Assembly (NCBI GenBank): GCA_002494645.1
Contig: DACE01000010.1
Location: forward strand, 80,559 to 144,558
Reading direction: 5' to 3'
Source: Euryarchaeota archaeon UBA256
GTDB lineage: Archaea > Thermoplasmatota > Poseidoniia > Poseidoniales > Poseidoniaceae
DNA: 64,000 nt
A model generated the notes under the pieces. It ran no database searches, was not told the DNA's origin, and saw only the letters and a program-made list of their open reading frames with translations. Shown here piece after piece: positions 28,953 through 39,526 of this stretch. Within the stretch, counting starts at the first letter, position 1; every line of letters begins with the position of its first letter. Position numbers and translations under genes: made by a program.

Positions 28953-30251
28953 ATGCCAGTTGACAACAGCCGATTCAAGGGATTCTACAATCACACCGTT
29001 GAAGAGCGCCGAGACCTGATTGCCCAAGCCGCTGGTTTGGATGCAGAACATGTTGACGCTCTTGCAGCACATGGTGAATTGGATGAAGCCGCAGCAAGCC
29101 GCATGATTGAGAACGTCATTGGAACGATGTCCCTACCCGTGGGAGTGGCAACCAATTTTGTCATCGACGGCACCCATTACGTCATCCCCTTTTGCCTCGA
29201 AGAGTCCAGCGTGGTGGCTGCGGCATCAAATATGGCAAAACGATGCCTAGCAAAGGGTGGATTCCGCACGAAAAATGACGATCCCGTGATGATCGGCCAG
29301 ATACAAATGCTCGATATCGACAACATATCCGAAGCAACGAGCGCAATTTTAGACGCAAAAGAGGACCTGATAGAATTTTGTAATGACATACCTTCCCGCA
29401 TGATTTCCCTTGGAGGAGGATGCAAGGACATACAAATTCGAGAATTATCAACAACACTTGGCCCTATGATGATCGTTCACCTGCTGGTGGATTGTCGCGA
29501 TGCCATGGGCGCCAATGCAGTGAATACGATGGCTGAACGTGTTGCACCGCGAATTGAGCGATTGACCGGGGGGCGTGCACACCTGCGAATCCTCTCAAAT
29601 CTCGCAAGCCACCGGCTGGCGCGAGTTGAAGCCACATTTACACCTGAAGAGATGGCCTCGGACGGCGAACGTGCAAGTGGCCTAGCGGTGATCAAAGGCA
29701 TCCTTGAAGCACAGGCTTTTGCCGTCAGCGACCCGTACAGAGCGGCGACACATAACAAAGGCATCATGAATGCAATCAGCAGCATTGCCCTGGCATGTGG
29801 ACAAGACTGGCGGGCAATTGAGGCTGGCTGCCACGCATGGACCAGCGTTGACCACGGACAATATACTTCGATGTCCACTTGGATGCAAAACGAAGATGGA
29901 GACCTTGTTGGCTCGATGACACTCCCGATGGCAGTTGGGATTGTTGGAGGCGCCTCAAAGGTACATCCAGCGGCAAAGGCCAATCTTGCTATTCTTGGCG
30001 TCACTTCAGCGCAAGAGTTGGCTGGCATCATGCTGTGTGGCGGCTTGGCTCAAAACCTGGGAGCATTGCGAGCCCTTTCGACCAAAGGCATCCAAGCAGG
30101 ACATATGAAACTCCATGCAAAAAACATGGCTGTAAGTGCGGGGGCTGTTGGAGATGAGATTGAAGCCCTTGCAGCACGGCTTCAGACCTACGAAGGTGCT
30201 CGTACTCAATCAATGGTTGAAACGTGGCTCAAAGAGATGCGTTCTTTATAA
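28953..30251 (+). CDS. hmgA: HMG-CoA reductase, class II
   Basis: Near-colinear with Pseudomonas mevalonii class II HMGR: MIENVIGT, VEEPSIVAAAS, GGGC.D, VRDAMGANAVNTMAE, DPYRAATHNKGIMN, LAQNLGALRAL..GIQ.GHM.LHA. Confidence 0.95.
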   Translation: MPVDNSRFKGFYNHTVEERRDLIAQAAGLDAEHVDALAAHGELDEAAASRMIENVIGTMSLPVGVATNFVIDGTHYVIPFCLEESSVVAAASNMAKRCLAKGGFRTKNDDPVMIGQIQMLDIDNISEATSAILDAKEDLIEFCNDIPSRMISLGGGCKDIQIRELSTTLGPMMIVHLLVDCRDAMGANAVNTMAERVAPRIERLTGGRAHLRILSNLASHRLARVEATFTPEEMASDGERASGLAVIKGILEAQAFAVSDPYRAATHNKGIMNAISSIALACGQDWRAIEAGCHAWTSVDHGQYTSMSTWMQNEDGDLVGSMTLPMAVGIVGGASKVHPAAKANLAILGVTSAQELAGIMLCGGLAQNLGALRALSTKGIQAGHMKLHAKNMAVSAGAVGDEIEALAARLQTYEGARTQSMVETWLKEMRSL

Positions 30252-30253
30252 GT

Positions 30254-30865
30254 TCACTCTTCCTCACTTACTGGCAGAGAAGCCTGAACGGTGCCTGAAT
30301 CTTCACTTTCTTCTTGAAGGATTTGTTTACGGTCGCCAAGTTCATCGAGAAGTCCAGAAGACTGTACTTGTTCTCGGAACCACGCTTTTACCTTTTTCCG
30401 GTCGGTATGCGGGCAACCAAAAGCTTCCGAGAAACGCCGAGTAGTAGACAAACGACGTGTATTGCCATCTTTCCTGCGATCTACCATTCCAAGTTGGGCC
30501 AATTCACGAACGTAATCATACGCTTTTTGCCCCAACAATTCTACAAGTCGTGATTGGGGCATCGGCTGATGATAGGCAATCAGTGCTGCAGCCTTGAGCA
30601 ACTTAGGAGGCATGTCCGTTTTAGCGTCCTTTGGCAAATGGGTCGCTATACTGGGCTTGACCTCAAGAGCCCAACGTTCGCCCACGGCAGCAAGTTGTAG
30701 GGAGCCTACCTTTCGTCGTTTGATGGTAGCTTGTAGCGAATATAGGCAATCCAGCATTTCATCCTCATCATACCCGAGGGCTTGGGATAACTCGGTAGCT
30801 GACATCGATTTACCTGAACTAAACAAGGTCGCTTCAATGAGCGTTTCAAGTGGCAATTCTGTCAT
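30254..30865 (-). CDS. scpB: segregation and condensation protein B
   Basis: LIEATLFSSGKSMSATELSQALG... with tandem winged helices, directly downstream of scpA and smc. Confidence 0.7.
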   Translation of the reverse strand: MTELPLETLIEATLFSSGKSMSATELSQALGYDEDEMLDCLYSLQATIKRRKVGSLQLAAVGERWALEVKPSIATHLPKDAKTDMPPKLLKAAALIAYHQPMPQSRLVELLGQKAYDYVRELAQLGMVDRRKDGNTRRLSTTRRFSEAFGCPHTDRKKVKAWFREQVQSSGLLDELGDRKQILQEESEDSGTVQASLPVSEEE

Positions 30866-30879
30866 TTATTCACCCCCAC

Positions 30880-32073
30880 CTATTCAACCAACCATTCATG
30901 GTCACTAAAATCGGATTCTTGAGAAGTCGCCTCCAGACGCTCCTTCTCCGCGATGGCTTCCAAACGAGCCTGCCGTCGAGTTGCCTTCTCTTCAGCCACT
31001 CGAGCACGTTCTGCTATGGCCTCCATACGGTGCATGGAGCCGGTTGCCTCACCTTCAATTCCATCCGAATCTTCAGCCATTAATGTTTCAATTTCATCCA
31101 ACACTTCTTGAAAGTTATCGAGATGAGGCCAGAGATCCTCAATCATGATGGCTTCTAGAGATTCGCCTTCTTGAGAGATACTGGCCATGCGGCGGTGAGT
31201 GAGGAATAACCCAGCAATAAATGAAGCAACGAATGCTTCGCTGTCCGGGTCGTGGAGTTGGTCACCAAAGGTTGAGGTAAGAATTGGCTTGAGTTTCACC
31301 ATCACGTCAACGAGCCTCACCGAGGCTGAACCGACTTCCTCGCACGTGGATTTGAGGGCTTTCCAGCAACGTTCAATGTCACCTTCGAGGTCTTCATTGT
31401 GCATTCGGCCGCCGACATTGTCAAGGTATTCTTTGAGTTCACGTTGGTGTTCAATTCTGTTCAATTCCCGCTGCTGCAAGGCCTCAGCGTCATCTGCTGC
31501 GTCTTTGAAGGCAGAAAGGAGTTCACCAAGTGTGACCGGTCGGCCTTCATCACGGCGGACTCGGCCGTCAAACAAGGTAGGCAAAACATCGTCAGCCTCA
31601 CCTTCCAAAATTGATTGAGTGAAAAAATAGGCCTCATCATCATAATCAGATTCCCAACCAAAGCCAAGGTCTTCATCCCATACTTCCTCTTCATCTTGAA
31701 GTTGTATTCGGTCGAAAAGTGTGGCTGATTGCTGGTGCAAGACTTCCCACGACAAGCGAATAAGACGGCCACATGCAGGTAAATCGATGTTTTCGCCTGT
31801 CTTGACTCGTTGCGCGAAAACATTCAAAAATGCAGAGAGGTCAACGTCCCACGGGTCAAATTCTTCCTCTCGAACCAGTGAAAGTACCAAAGCCACTGAC
31901 CGGTCAAAGGGGTCGTGAAGGCTTTGATGCTCTGCTTCTTCTGTTCCAGCGATGTTGATAATTCGCTGACTGAATTGTTCTGCATCCTGGCGCTCTTCAC
32001 CCGAAGCAAGGAGTTGGTCGATGATGTCCTGCTGGAGGAACCATCGGTCAAGAACGCCTTGTTGTTCAGCCAT
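30880..32073 (-). CDS. scpA: segregation and condensation protein A (kleisin)
   Basis: EEFDPWDVDLSAFLNVF motif; acidic; positioned between smc and scpB. Confidence 0.6.
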   Translation of the reverse strand: MAEQQGVLDRWFLQQDIIDQLLASGEERQDAEQFSQRIINIAGTEEAEHQSLHDPFDRSVALVLSLVREEEFDPWDVDLSAFLNVFAQRVKTGENIDLPACGRLIRLSWEVLHQQSATLFDRIQLQDEEEVWDEDLGFGWESDYDDEAYFFTQSILEGEADDVLPTLFDGRVRRDEGRPVTLGELLSAFKDAADDAEALQQRELNRIEHQRELKEYLDNVGGRMHNEDLEGDIERCWKALKSTCEEVGSASVRLVDVMVKLKPILTSTFGDQLHDPDSEAFVASFIAGLFLTHRRMASISQEGESLEAIMIEDLWPHLDNFQEVLDEIETLMAEDSDGIEGEATGSMHRMEAIAERARVAEEKATRRQARLEAIAEKERLEATSQESDFSDHEWLVE

Positions 32074-32082
32074 AAAATCACC

Positions 32083-35000
32083 TCATGCCTCTTCCACAGA
32101 CTCTACGCTTGCTTCCTCAACAGGGGATTCTTCCACGAGTTGGTGTGCTACTTCTGCACGCTCATTGATGTCCTCAGTCATCTCCTGAGTCCGTTCAACC
32201 AGTCCACTGAGAGTCGGCTCTTCAGGTGTTGAGAGGTGAGGTAGCAAACCTCCGAGACTTTGAGGAACGGCAAGGTCTTCGGGGACCAGGGGCATATCTT
32301 CTGTCGCCAAAACAGCATCTTTGATGCGCGACTCGTTCTTATCAGCGTCTTTCTGTGCTTCCTTGAGGGCGGCTTCCCCAAGTGCGATTGCCCGTTCACG
32401 GTCAAAGTCAAGGATGCGACGGCTGCAGCCATCTCCACCGTGAGTGATACCGATATGGTGGTCGGCCAATTTGAGGGAAACTTTGCGCAAGGTCACCATG
32501 ATGAATTGAGCCCGTTTACTGCGCTGACGACACATCTTCGCGATACGTTCTGCATTGTAGGCGTCAAGGTTCTGATCGACTTCATCAAAGTAATAGAAGG
32601 GGCTTGGGTCGTAATCCTGAATGGCAAAGATGAGCGCAAGAGCGGCCATTGATTGCTCGCCGCCGGAAAGTTGTTGCCGACTGACCTTCGATGATTTACC
32701 GCGGGGTTGAGCCCATAGTTCAAGACCGGCCTTGAAAGGTTCATCCGGATTCTCAAGGAAGAGTTCACCTCGCCCACCGTCTGAGAGTTCCTTGTATGAT
32801 TTTTTGAAGTTCTCATTGACCTGTTCAAGTACATTGACCAACCGCTCTTTACGTTGGGATTCCAATTGCTCCGTGACATCGATCAGGTCTTTTCTGCGCT
32901 TTTGTAGGGTTGCAAATTCGTCTTTCATGAGGGCAAGGCGTGCTTGACACGCCTCATACTGTTCAATGGCCATCATGTTGACATTTCCAAAACCCTCCAT
33001 ACGGCGCTGAAGATGACGTAGTCGACGTTCAACATCGGCCACATTCCCGAGATTCTCAGGCATTGCTGTGAGAGACAGCCCCGCTTCAATCAATTCTTGA
33101 CCCATTAATTGGAGTTCATTCTCCCGTTCAGTGATGGTTCGAATGAGTTCGTCAGCCAAGCGGCGGTTGTTCTGAGCCTTGGAAAGGCGTTCCTCGTTTC
33201 GTACGCGCAGTGTTGCCCGTTGTTCAGTTAATTCTTGACGCTCATCTTCGAGACCTTGATTCTCTTCGAGGAAAACGGCTTGTTCGTCTTTCCTGGCTTT
33301 GAGGGTTATTTGGTCGGTCGCCAATTCCGCTTGGAGATTGTCCACGCGTTCACTACGGGCAAGGGCCGATGCTTCCAGAGCGGTGACGCGAGAGTCAATC
33401 TCGGTCACGCGACGCAATAGGAGTTCTTCATGCGTTTGCCCGTTGGCAATTGCTTCGTCTGCTTTCTCCTTGATGCCCGTGGCGGTGACTCGTTTCAAAT
33501 TCGCCGCATGCATTCGTTCACGCAGATGCTCAGGGCTTGCATCTTCGAGTTGTTGTTGAGCTGCATCTTGACCCTCGACTGCCGCTTGGTAGATCTTTTG
33601 AGCATCATCATGAGCCTTGAGGGCTCCTTGTGCGTCAATGCGGAGTTGCTCGAGTTTGGTTTCAAGCCCCGCACAAACATCTTGCGCCTTTTTGTAAGCC
33701 GTATTCGTTTGTTTCTTTTCAGCATTCATCTCACGAACTGCAGTAGCATGGGAGTCATCAACCATCGCGTTGATTTGTTGTCGTAGTCGTTGTTGGTTTT
33801 CTCTCGCTTCGCGAAGAGCAGCCCGAACGGTCTCTTCCATCAACTCGTACCTCGTAACCTCGGCCGTATGCTTCTCAACGTCAGAGGCCCCTTGGATACG
33901 TCCACCAAATGAAATTGACATTTTTCGCTGTGAACCTCCAACCATCGCCCCTCCAGCTTCCGTCAAATCGCCACGTAGAGTGACGAGGCGGACACCACCC
34001 ATGTGCTTTCTTGCAGTAGACATTGAGTCCACTAGGAGGGTGTTTCTCAACACAAAGCGTACTGCAATGTCAATTCGGGGGTCAAAATCAAGAAGTTCGT
34101 GAGCAAAACCAATCACACCAGGTTTTCGAGCGGTCATAACGGATTTACCGCCTGCACGCGTATTGTTCAGTCTGTTGAGTGGGAGGAAGGTTGCCCGACC
34201 GGCTTTGTTGGAGGCCAACCAGCGGATGGCTTGAGCCGCGTGCTCGTCAGATTCTACAACAACCGATGCCATTCCTGCTCCGATGGCCGTTGCGAGTGCA
34301 ATTTCATGTCCGCTCTCTTTTGGAGCACACAATTCAGCGATTGTGCCGATGATGCCTTCCAATTCCCCTCGGTCTCGAGCGGCGATGACAGCGCTTGCTC
34401 CACCTGCCAAACCTTTGGCTCCAGATTTTTGCTCCATCTCTGCTTTTGCAAGGCTCAAGGCTCGTTCTGCTTCCCGGAGTTTGACTTCAACTCGTGTGCG
34501 GTCTTCTGCAAGTTGGGCTTCCGCCTGTTGGGCTTTATTGAGCGCTGCAGCAAGTGCTTCACGGTCGTATTCGGGTGCGTCTTCCTTCAATTGTTGACCA
34601 CGAAGGTCCAACTCACCCAATGCAAGACGGAGTTCTTCGACCTCTTCTTGAGCGCTAGCGAGTTGACCGCCAATCAATTCAGCTTCAAGGGCAAAACGAT
34701 CAACGTCGGATTGAGCAGAGGAAAGCGCACCTTGGCTTGCTTCCACCTTTGATTGGGCTTGCTCAAGCGAGCGAGCCAAATCTTGATTCTTTTCACCTGC
34801 AGATTCCAAAGCAGTGCGAATTTCGACTTCTTCTTCCTGTGCTTCGTTCAAATCCCTCAAAGCTGATTCCAATGCATCATTTGCTGAACGAAGTTCTGCA
34901 CGAAAGCGTTCCAGTTCACTGTTGGCCTCTGTCCTTTGCTCAAGGGCACCATTCAGTTCAACGGCTTCGACTTCATCTTCACGTTCAGCGTCACTGATGC

Positions 35001-35958
35001 GGTCCGTGTTCAACTCAATTCGAACTTGAAGTTCTTGAATTGCCTTGCCCAGTTCAGAGGTTTCTCCACCGGTCAATTTGTTGATTTCTTTTTGGAGTTC
35101 TGCGATTTTATCATCAAGTTCAAGTAGTAATTTCTCGCTCTCAGTGTGTTCATCAATGAGATTCTGGCTATTCGAAAGGTAGCGGTCTCGCTGCTCGACG
35201 TGAAAATCCAACTCGTTCTTCATGCTCGCATATCGTGATTGGAGAAGGAGGGTGTTGGTTCGCTGAATCTCATCCGCGACATCCTTGGCTTTTTGAGCAA
35301 CAACCTTCTCTTTTTCGAGTGTTGCCAGTCGGTCAAGTTGTTCCTTCTCCAGCAACCCGATCCGTTCGAGGTAGGTTTCCACCATGTCCTTTTGTTTCGT
35401 AGCTTTGCGGATTTCATCGTCATATGAGGTGACTCCGGCCACATTGTCCAGAACCTTACGGCGTTCATTGGCAGTCATTTTTGCAAGACTTGTCACGTCA
35501 CCTTGGAGAACAATGTTGTATCCGTCTGGGCGGGCGTTGGCAGCGCCGAGGAGTCGATGAAACACCTTCTGTGTGCTGTCTTCTCCATTCAGCTGGTAGG
35601 TTGTTACAGGATTATTCGATGCCGTGAGGCGGATGCGCCGTGACATGCGAATCTCTTCCTTGTCCAAAGGCAATCGGCGGCGACCGTTGCCCATGATGGG
35701 GTTTGCAAAAACGAGTGTCACGCTACAGTCGCGTGCAGGCTTGGAGTTTTTACCACCGTTAAAAATCAAATCCGCAGAATTTTGAGCACGAATCACACGG
35801 TTGGATTTGGGCCCGAGTACAAATTGAATCGCGTCCCCGCAATTCGATTTGCCTGAACCATTTGGTCCAGTAATCGCAGTGAAGCCACGGTCAAGGGGGA
35901 CGGTGACTTCGCCTTTGAACGATTTGAAATTATTCACTTCAAGTGATTTTAGATACAT
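32083..35958 (-). CDS. smc: chromosome segregation protein SMC
   Basis: N-terminal Walker A FTAITGPNGSGKSN, long coiled coils, a hinge, the C-terminal ABC signature LSGGEQSMAALALIFAIQ and Walker B YYFDEVD; 1291 aa with a ~110 aa acidic C-terminal extension. Confidence 0.9.
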   Translation of the reverse strand: MYLKSLEVNNFKSFKGEVTVPLDRGFTAITGPNGSGKSNCGDAIQFVLGPKSNRVIRAQNSADLIFNGGKNSKPARDCSVTLVFANPIMGNGRRRLPLDKEEIRMSRRIRLTASNNPVTTYQLNGEDSTQKVFHRLLGAANARPDGYNIVLQGDVTSLAKMTANERRKVLDNVAGVTSYDDEIRKATKQKDMVETYLERIGLLEKEQLDRLATLEKEKVVAQKAKDVADEIQRTNTLLLQSRYASMKNELDFHVEQRDRYLSNSQNLIDEHTESEKLLLELDDKIAELQKEINKLTGGETSELGKAIQELQVRIELNTDRISDAEREDEVEAVELNGALEQRTEANSELERFRAELRSANDALESALRDLNEAQEEEVEIRTALESAGEKNQDLARSLEQAQSKVEASQGALSSAQSDVDRFALEAELIGGQLASAQEEVEELRLALGELDLRGQQLKEDAPEYDREALAAALNKAQQAEAQLAEDRTRVEVKLREAERALSLAKAEMEQKSGAKGLAGGASAVIAARDRGELEGIIGTIAELCAPKESGHEIALATAIGAGMASVVVESDEHAAQAIRWLASNKAGRATFLPLNRLNNTRAGGKSVMTARKPGVIGFAHELLDFDPRIDIAVRFVLRNTLLVDSMSTARKHMGGVRLVTLRGDLTEAGGAMVGGSQRKMSISFGGRIQGASDVEKHTAEVTRYELMEETVRAALREARENQQRLRQQINAMVDDSHATAVREMNAEKKQTNTAYKKAQDVCAGLETKLEQLRIDAQGALKAHDDAQKIYQAAVEGQDAAQQQLEDASPEHLRERMHAANLKRVTATGIKEKADEAIANGQTHEELLLRRVTEIDSRVTALEASALARSERVDNLQAELATDQITLKARKDEQAVFLEENQGLEDERQELTEQRATLRVRNEERLSKAQNNRRLADELIRTITERENELQLMGQELIEAGLSLTAMPENLGNVADVERRLRHLQRRMEGFGNVNMMAIEQYEACQARLALMKDEFATLQKRRKDLIDVTEQLESQRKERLVNVLEQVNENFKKSYKELSDGGRGELFLENPDEPFKAGLELWAQPRGKSSKVSRQQLSGGEQSMAALALIFAIQDYDPSPFYYFDEVDQNLDAYNAERIAKMCRQRSKRAQFIMVTLRKVSLKLADHHIGITHGGDGCSRRILDFDRERAIALGEAALKEAQKDADKNESRIKDAVLATEDMPLVPEDLAVPQSLGGLLPHLSTPEEPTLSGLVERTQEMTEDINERAEVAHQLVEESPVEEASVESVEEA

Positions 35959-36092
35959 CCCTATCCCTCTCAGGAGGGAAACAATTCCCTACCTTATTGC
36001 GCACACCCGTCCCTTACAGGATTTAAAGAATGCGAACAACGGCGGCTCAGTCACGCGCTTTTCCGACCCCTTGAATGAGAGCCGTGGAGGTT

Positions 36093-36866
36093 TCAAAAGA
36101 CCCCTAATTGATTGCATTTCTTACATCCAGCGCCTTGGCAATAAGGGCATGTTGCCATCACGAGGAGTTTGCTTCTACGGCGTTGCATGGCGAGGTTTTT
36201 ATCCCGCTGAAGGAAACGGGAGCGTTCAACACGGTCCAAGGCTTTCCCATCATGTTGTTCTTTACTGAACGAACCTCGGAATTTTCCAGCCTTCTCTCGC
36301 CTTCGCTCCAATTTATCACGGGTTTGAACAACAGCCTCTGCTTCCCAGTATTTTGGCCCACGCATCAGGAAGGCACCAAAGGCGGCGAAGGATATTTGGA
36401 CAATCCATGGTGATATTTCAATTGGAAAGAAATCAGCGAGCGATTCCGAAGTTGCCGAAGAGGGGAGGAAGCCCAGTCGGTCCAAGATGGCGAGTGAAAA
36501 GAACATGCAACCCACGACAAAACCTGCCTTTCGCAACCGTTTGGCCCAGGCTTTATTCTGAGGCAATTCAAGGCGCCCCGCAAGCAGAATCACCAAACCT
36601 TCTGCAAGCATCAACAAATCAGCCCCGGACCATTCCCCTTGCTCACCGAGACAAAACGAGGTATTCATGGTCTCGAGGTCGTTTTCAATGGTCTCAAATC
36701 CACATGCCGGGTCAGCCATCATCATGACATCGAGTTTGTACCCTTCTGCCCCGTTGACGGCCATGGGCGCTACTGCACCGAATTGGACATTGGCAAGAAC
36801 AAAGACGACGATGGCTCCGCCGACAAGTGTTCCTAGCATTCTTCGCATCGCTCGCCCCATTCTCAA
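36093..36866 (-). CDS. membrane protein with a C-terminal zinc-ribbon (CPYC...CKKC)
   Basis: Several TM helices; ends ...ATCPYCQGAGCKKCNQLGVF. Confidence 0.4.
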   Translation of the reverse strand: MRMGRAMRRMLGTLVGGAIVVFVLANVQFGAVAPMAVNGAEGYKLDVMMMADPACGFETIENDLETMNTSFCLGEQGEWSGADLLMLAEGLVILLAGRLELPQNKAWAKRLRKAGFVVGCMFFSLAILDRLGFLPSSATSESLADFFPIEISPWIVQISFAAFGAFLMRGPKYWEAEAVVQTRDKLERRREKAGKFRGSFSKEQHDGKALDRVERSRFLQRDKNLAMQRRRSKLLVMATCPYCQGAGCKKCNQLGVF

Positions 36867-36927
36867 CCAAAGGAACTGACTTCATAGTGATATCGCGAAA
36901 CAACAACCCTTAGGTTCAGCCATCATC

Positions 36928-38610
36928 ATGAAGAAGGATGAGGTTGAGGCCGAAATACCCCGAGGTTTTGACATGGCCCACATCGTCATCATCGGCAGCG
37001 GAATTGCCGGACTTTTTGCAGCAGGCACGCTTGCCGATGCAGGACATCAGGTCACAGTTGTCACGAAACAACGGACCAGAGACTCATCAACGAATTGGGC
37101 ACAGGGCGGGATTGCTGCGATCCTCGACAAAACCAATGCGAACGAAATGGAGGCGCATGTCCAAGACACGTTAGCATCAGGTGACGGACATTGCGATGAA
37201 CCAACCGTTCGAGCTATCATTTCAGATGCGGGAGAACGAATTCGTGATTTGATTCGAATCGGTGTTGAATTTGAGAAGGAAGTGGATGGTTCATTTTCTT
37301 TGGCAAAGGAAGGTGGTCATTCAACGCCCCGAATTCTGCACGCCAAAGACGCTACTGGCAAGGAGATTGAACGCGCACTTTCGGCCTACGCCGAGGCACA
37401 TTCTGGCATTAAATTGCGCCCCAATACACTGGCGATTGACCTTATTCAACGCACACACGGCCAACCCAATCACGGCATTGCAGGCGTATGGTGCCTTGAC
37501 CAAGTTACTCACGAAGTGTTGACCATTGAAGCCGATGCAATCGTCCTGGCAACCGGTGGTGTAGGTCGCTTGTGGAAACAAACCACAAACCCCTCTGTAG
37601 CCACAGGTGATGGTTTGGCGATGGCCTATAGAGCGGGCGCCTGCGTTCAAGATTTGGCATATATCCAATTTCACCCCACCGCCTTACATTCTTCCTATGC
37701 TCGTCCTTTTCTCATCAGCGAAGCCTTGCGAGGAAAGGGTGCAGTTTTACTTGACCACCGAGGTTTAGAGGATTGGAAGCAGGCATGCCTTGATGCTCTC
37801 GACAATGGGGATGATGCCCCCTCTCCTGAGGCATATTCGTTCACCTATGCACATTCACCCCACGGCTCAATGGCTACCCGAGACATTGTGGCTAGGGCAA
37901 TCGATCAGCAACTCAAGAAAAACGCAAATGCGCACGTCTATCTCGTGACCTCACACCTCGATGGGCAATTGCTCAAGGATAAATTTCCAACCATCACCAA
38001 GCGTCTGGCAATTGAAGGCTTGGAACTCGGAAAGGACCCCATTCCCGTTGTACCGGCGGCTCATTACATGGTAGGTGGAATACGCGTTGACTCGATTGGG
38101 CGAGCCTATGTGCGTGATGAAGATGAAAACATGCCGCATCTCTATGCCATCGGCGAGGTAGCCTGTACCGGCATGCACGGAGCCAATCGTCTGGCATCAA
38201 ACAGTTTGTTGGAGGCTGTTGTCTACGCTCACCGTGTTGCCACGCACCTGATTCAATCACCTCCCAACACGTATACAGGAACCCATCCAACATGGCGAGC
38301 AGAGGGTACGACCAATCTTGAAGAGCATGCAACGGTGGCACACGACCGAATGAGTTTGGTGAATACCATGTCACAAGAAGTTGGTATCGTTCGTACGAAT
38401 CAACGCCTCAAACGTGCAAAGCGTCGTTTGTCACTCTTCAATGAAGAAATTGATCTCATTTGGAGGGCATCACGACCTGCACGGGAAATCGTGGAACTTC
38501 GAAACCTCGCACTGATTGGTAGGTTGGTTGTTGATGATGCTTTGAGCAAGAAAGCAAATGCTGGTTTGCATTACAACATTGACCTCGTCAAGGATGACAA
38601 GCGAGAATAA
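36928..38610 (+). CDS. nadB: L-aspartate oxidase
   Basis: FAD-binding IIGSGIAGLFAAGTLA, TNWAQGGIAAI, the NadB signature RPFLISEALRGKGAVL, and HGANRLASNSLLE. Confidence 0.8.
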   Translation: MKKDEVEAEIPRGFDMAHIVIIGSGIAGLFAAGTLADAGHQVTVVTKQRTRDSSTNWAQGGIAAILDKTNANEMEAHVQDTLASGDGHCDEPTVRAIISDAGERIRDLIRIGVEFEKEVDGSFSLAKEGGHSTPRILHAKDATGKEIERALSAYAEAHSGIKLRPNTLAIDLIQRTHGQPNHGIAGVWCLDQVTHEVLTIEADAIVLATGGVGRLWKQTTNPSVATGDGLAMAYRAGACVQDLAYIQFHPTALHSSYARPFLISEALRGKGAVLLDHRGLEDWKQACLDALDNGDDAPSPEAYSFTYAHSPHGSMATRDIVARAIDQQLKKNANAHVYLVTSHLDGQLLKDKFPTITKRLAIEGLELGKDPIPVVPAAHYMVGGIRVDSIGRAYVRDEDENMPHLYAIGEVACTGMHGANRLASNSLLEAVVYAHRVATHLIQSPPNTYTGTHPTWRAEGTTNLEEHATVAHDRMSLVNTMSQEVGIVRTNQRLKRAKRRLSLFNEEIDLIWRASRPAREIVELRNLALIGRLVVDDALSKKANAGLHYNIDLVKDDKRE

Positions 38611-39517
38611 GCGAGGTCATGAGTTGATTCACGGGCACCTCGAGCCCGTGGCCTTCAGCGATTCTGACAATCGCTTGGTTCAGTGATTCAATCTCCGTTG
38701 CTCTACCTCGTTTGATGTCCTGTAGCATGCTGCAGGAATTTTCTCGTGTCGATTCGAGAACCTGGCGGAGAAGATGTTCAAAACCTGCCTCATCAACCAC
38801 GCTAATTCGCTCCAAGCGGGCTACCTTTGCTGCCTCGCGGTAAATGGCCATGCAGGCGTCAAACAATCCTGCTGAAAGCAACGCCCCGTTTTTCACCCCA
38901 GCGAGGGCTGCGAGAGGATTGATGGACAGATTCAGCAGAACCTTGCCCCAAATCATTTCGTCTGCATCGGGCATCAATATGGGTGAAAGAGAGGCGGATT
39001 CAAGAAGTTGAACAAGGCTCTCAACTGATGCGGGAGTGGGTCCAAAGGGAGTTGAGGCGAGATGAAGTTCGCCTTGACCTGCCCACCGAACAAGTCCTTC
39101 GATTTCCTTGTAGGCGCCATGCGTTGTAGTTGCAGCAAGCGTACGATGTTGGCCAACGTATTGGGCAAGGGTCTGAAAGTGGCCCAGCCCGTTGGAAAGG
39201 GCAAAGGCGACCCCTGTTTCCTTGAGTAAGGTTGCAGCAAGAGGGGCTAGCGAGACCACATCATAGGCTTTGGAAGCGATGATGACGACGTCAGAACCAG
39301 CAACAAGTTCCTCCGGGAGTGGTAATTCCTCTACTGAGTGCAAAAAGCGTTCTGCTGCATGGGATCCGAGACCAAAACCATCGACCTCCAGTCCTTCAAG
39401 GATGACCCGTGCACCCCGCTCTCCTCTTCCGTGAAGGTGAATCTCATGGTTAGTTTGCGCTAGGGACGCTCCTAGAAGAGTACCGATTGAACCAATTCCA
39501 AGAATGGATATGCGCAT
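38588..39517 (-). CDS. panE: 2-dehydropantoate 2-reductase (ketopantoate reductase)
   Basis: MRISILGIGSIGTLLGASLA Rossmann N-terminus, the ApbA/PanE fold, and ...NGLGH. Confidence 0.65.
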   Translation of the reverse strand: MRISILGIGSIGTLLGASLAQTNHEIHLHGRGERGARVILEGLEVDGFGLGSHAAERFLHSVEELPLPEELVAGSDVVIIASKAYDVVSLAPLAATLLKETGVAFALSNGLGHFQTLAQYVGQHRTLAATTTHGAYKEIEGLVRWAGQGELHLASTPFGPTPASVESLVQLLESASLSPILMPDADEMIWGKVLLNLSINPLAALAGVKNGALLSAGLFDACMAIYREAAKVARLERISVVDEAGFEHLLRQVLESTRENSCSMLQDIKRGRATEIESLNQAIVRIAEGHGLEVPVNQLMTSLILACHP

Positions 39518-39526
39518 AGGAATACC

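Noticed and set aside
29477-30031. 184 aa minus-strand ORF and several others inside hmgA
   Set aside because: Antisense to a very confidently identified class II HMG-CoA reductase.
34099-34752. 217 aa plus-strand ORF plus neighbours inside smc
   Set aside because: Antisense to SMC coiled-coil coding sequence (repetitive E/K/L/A codons generate open antisense frames).
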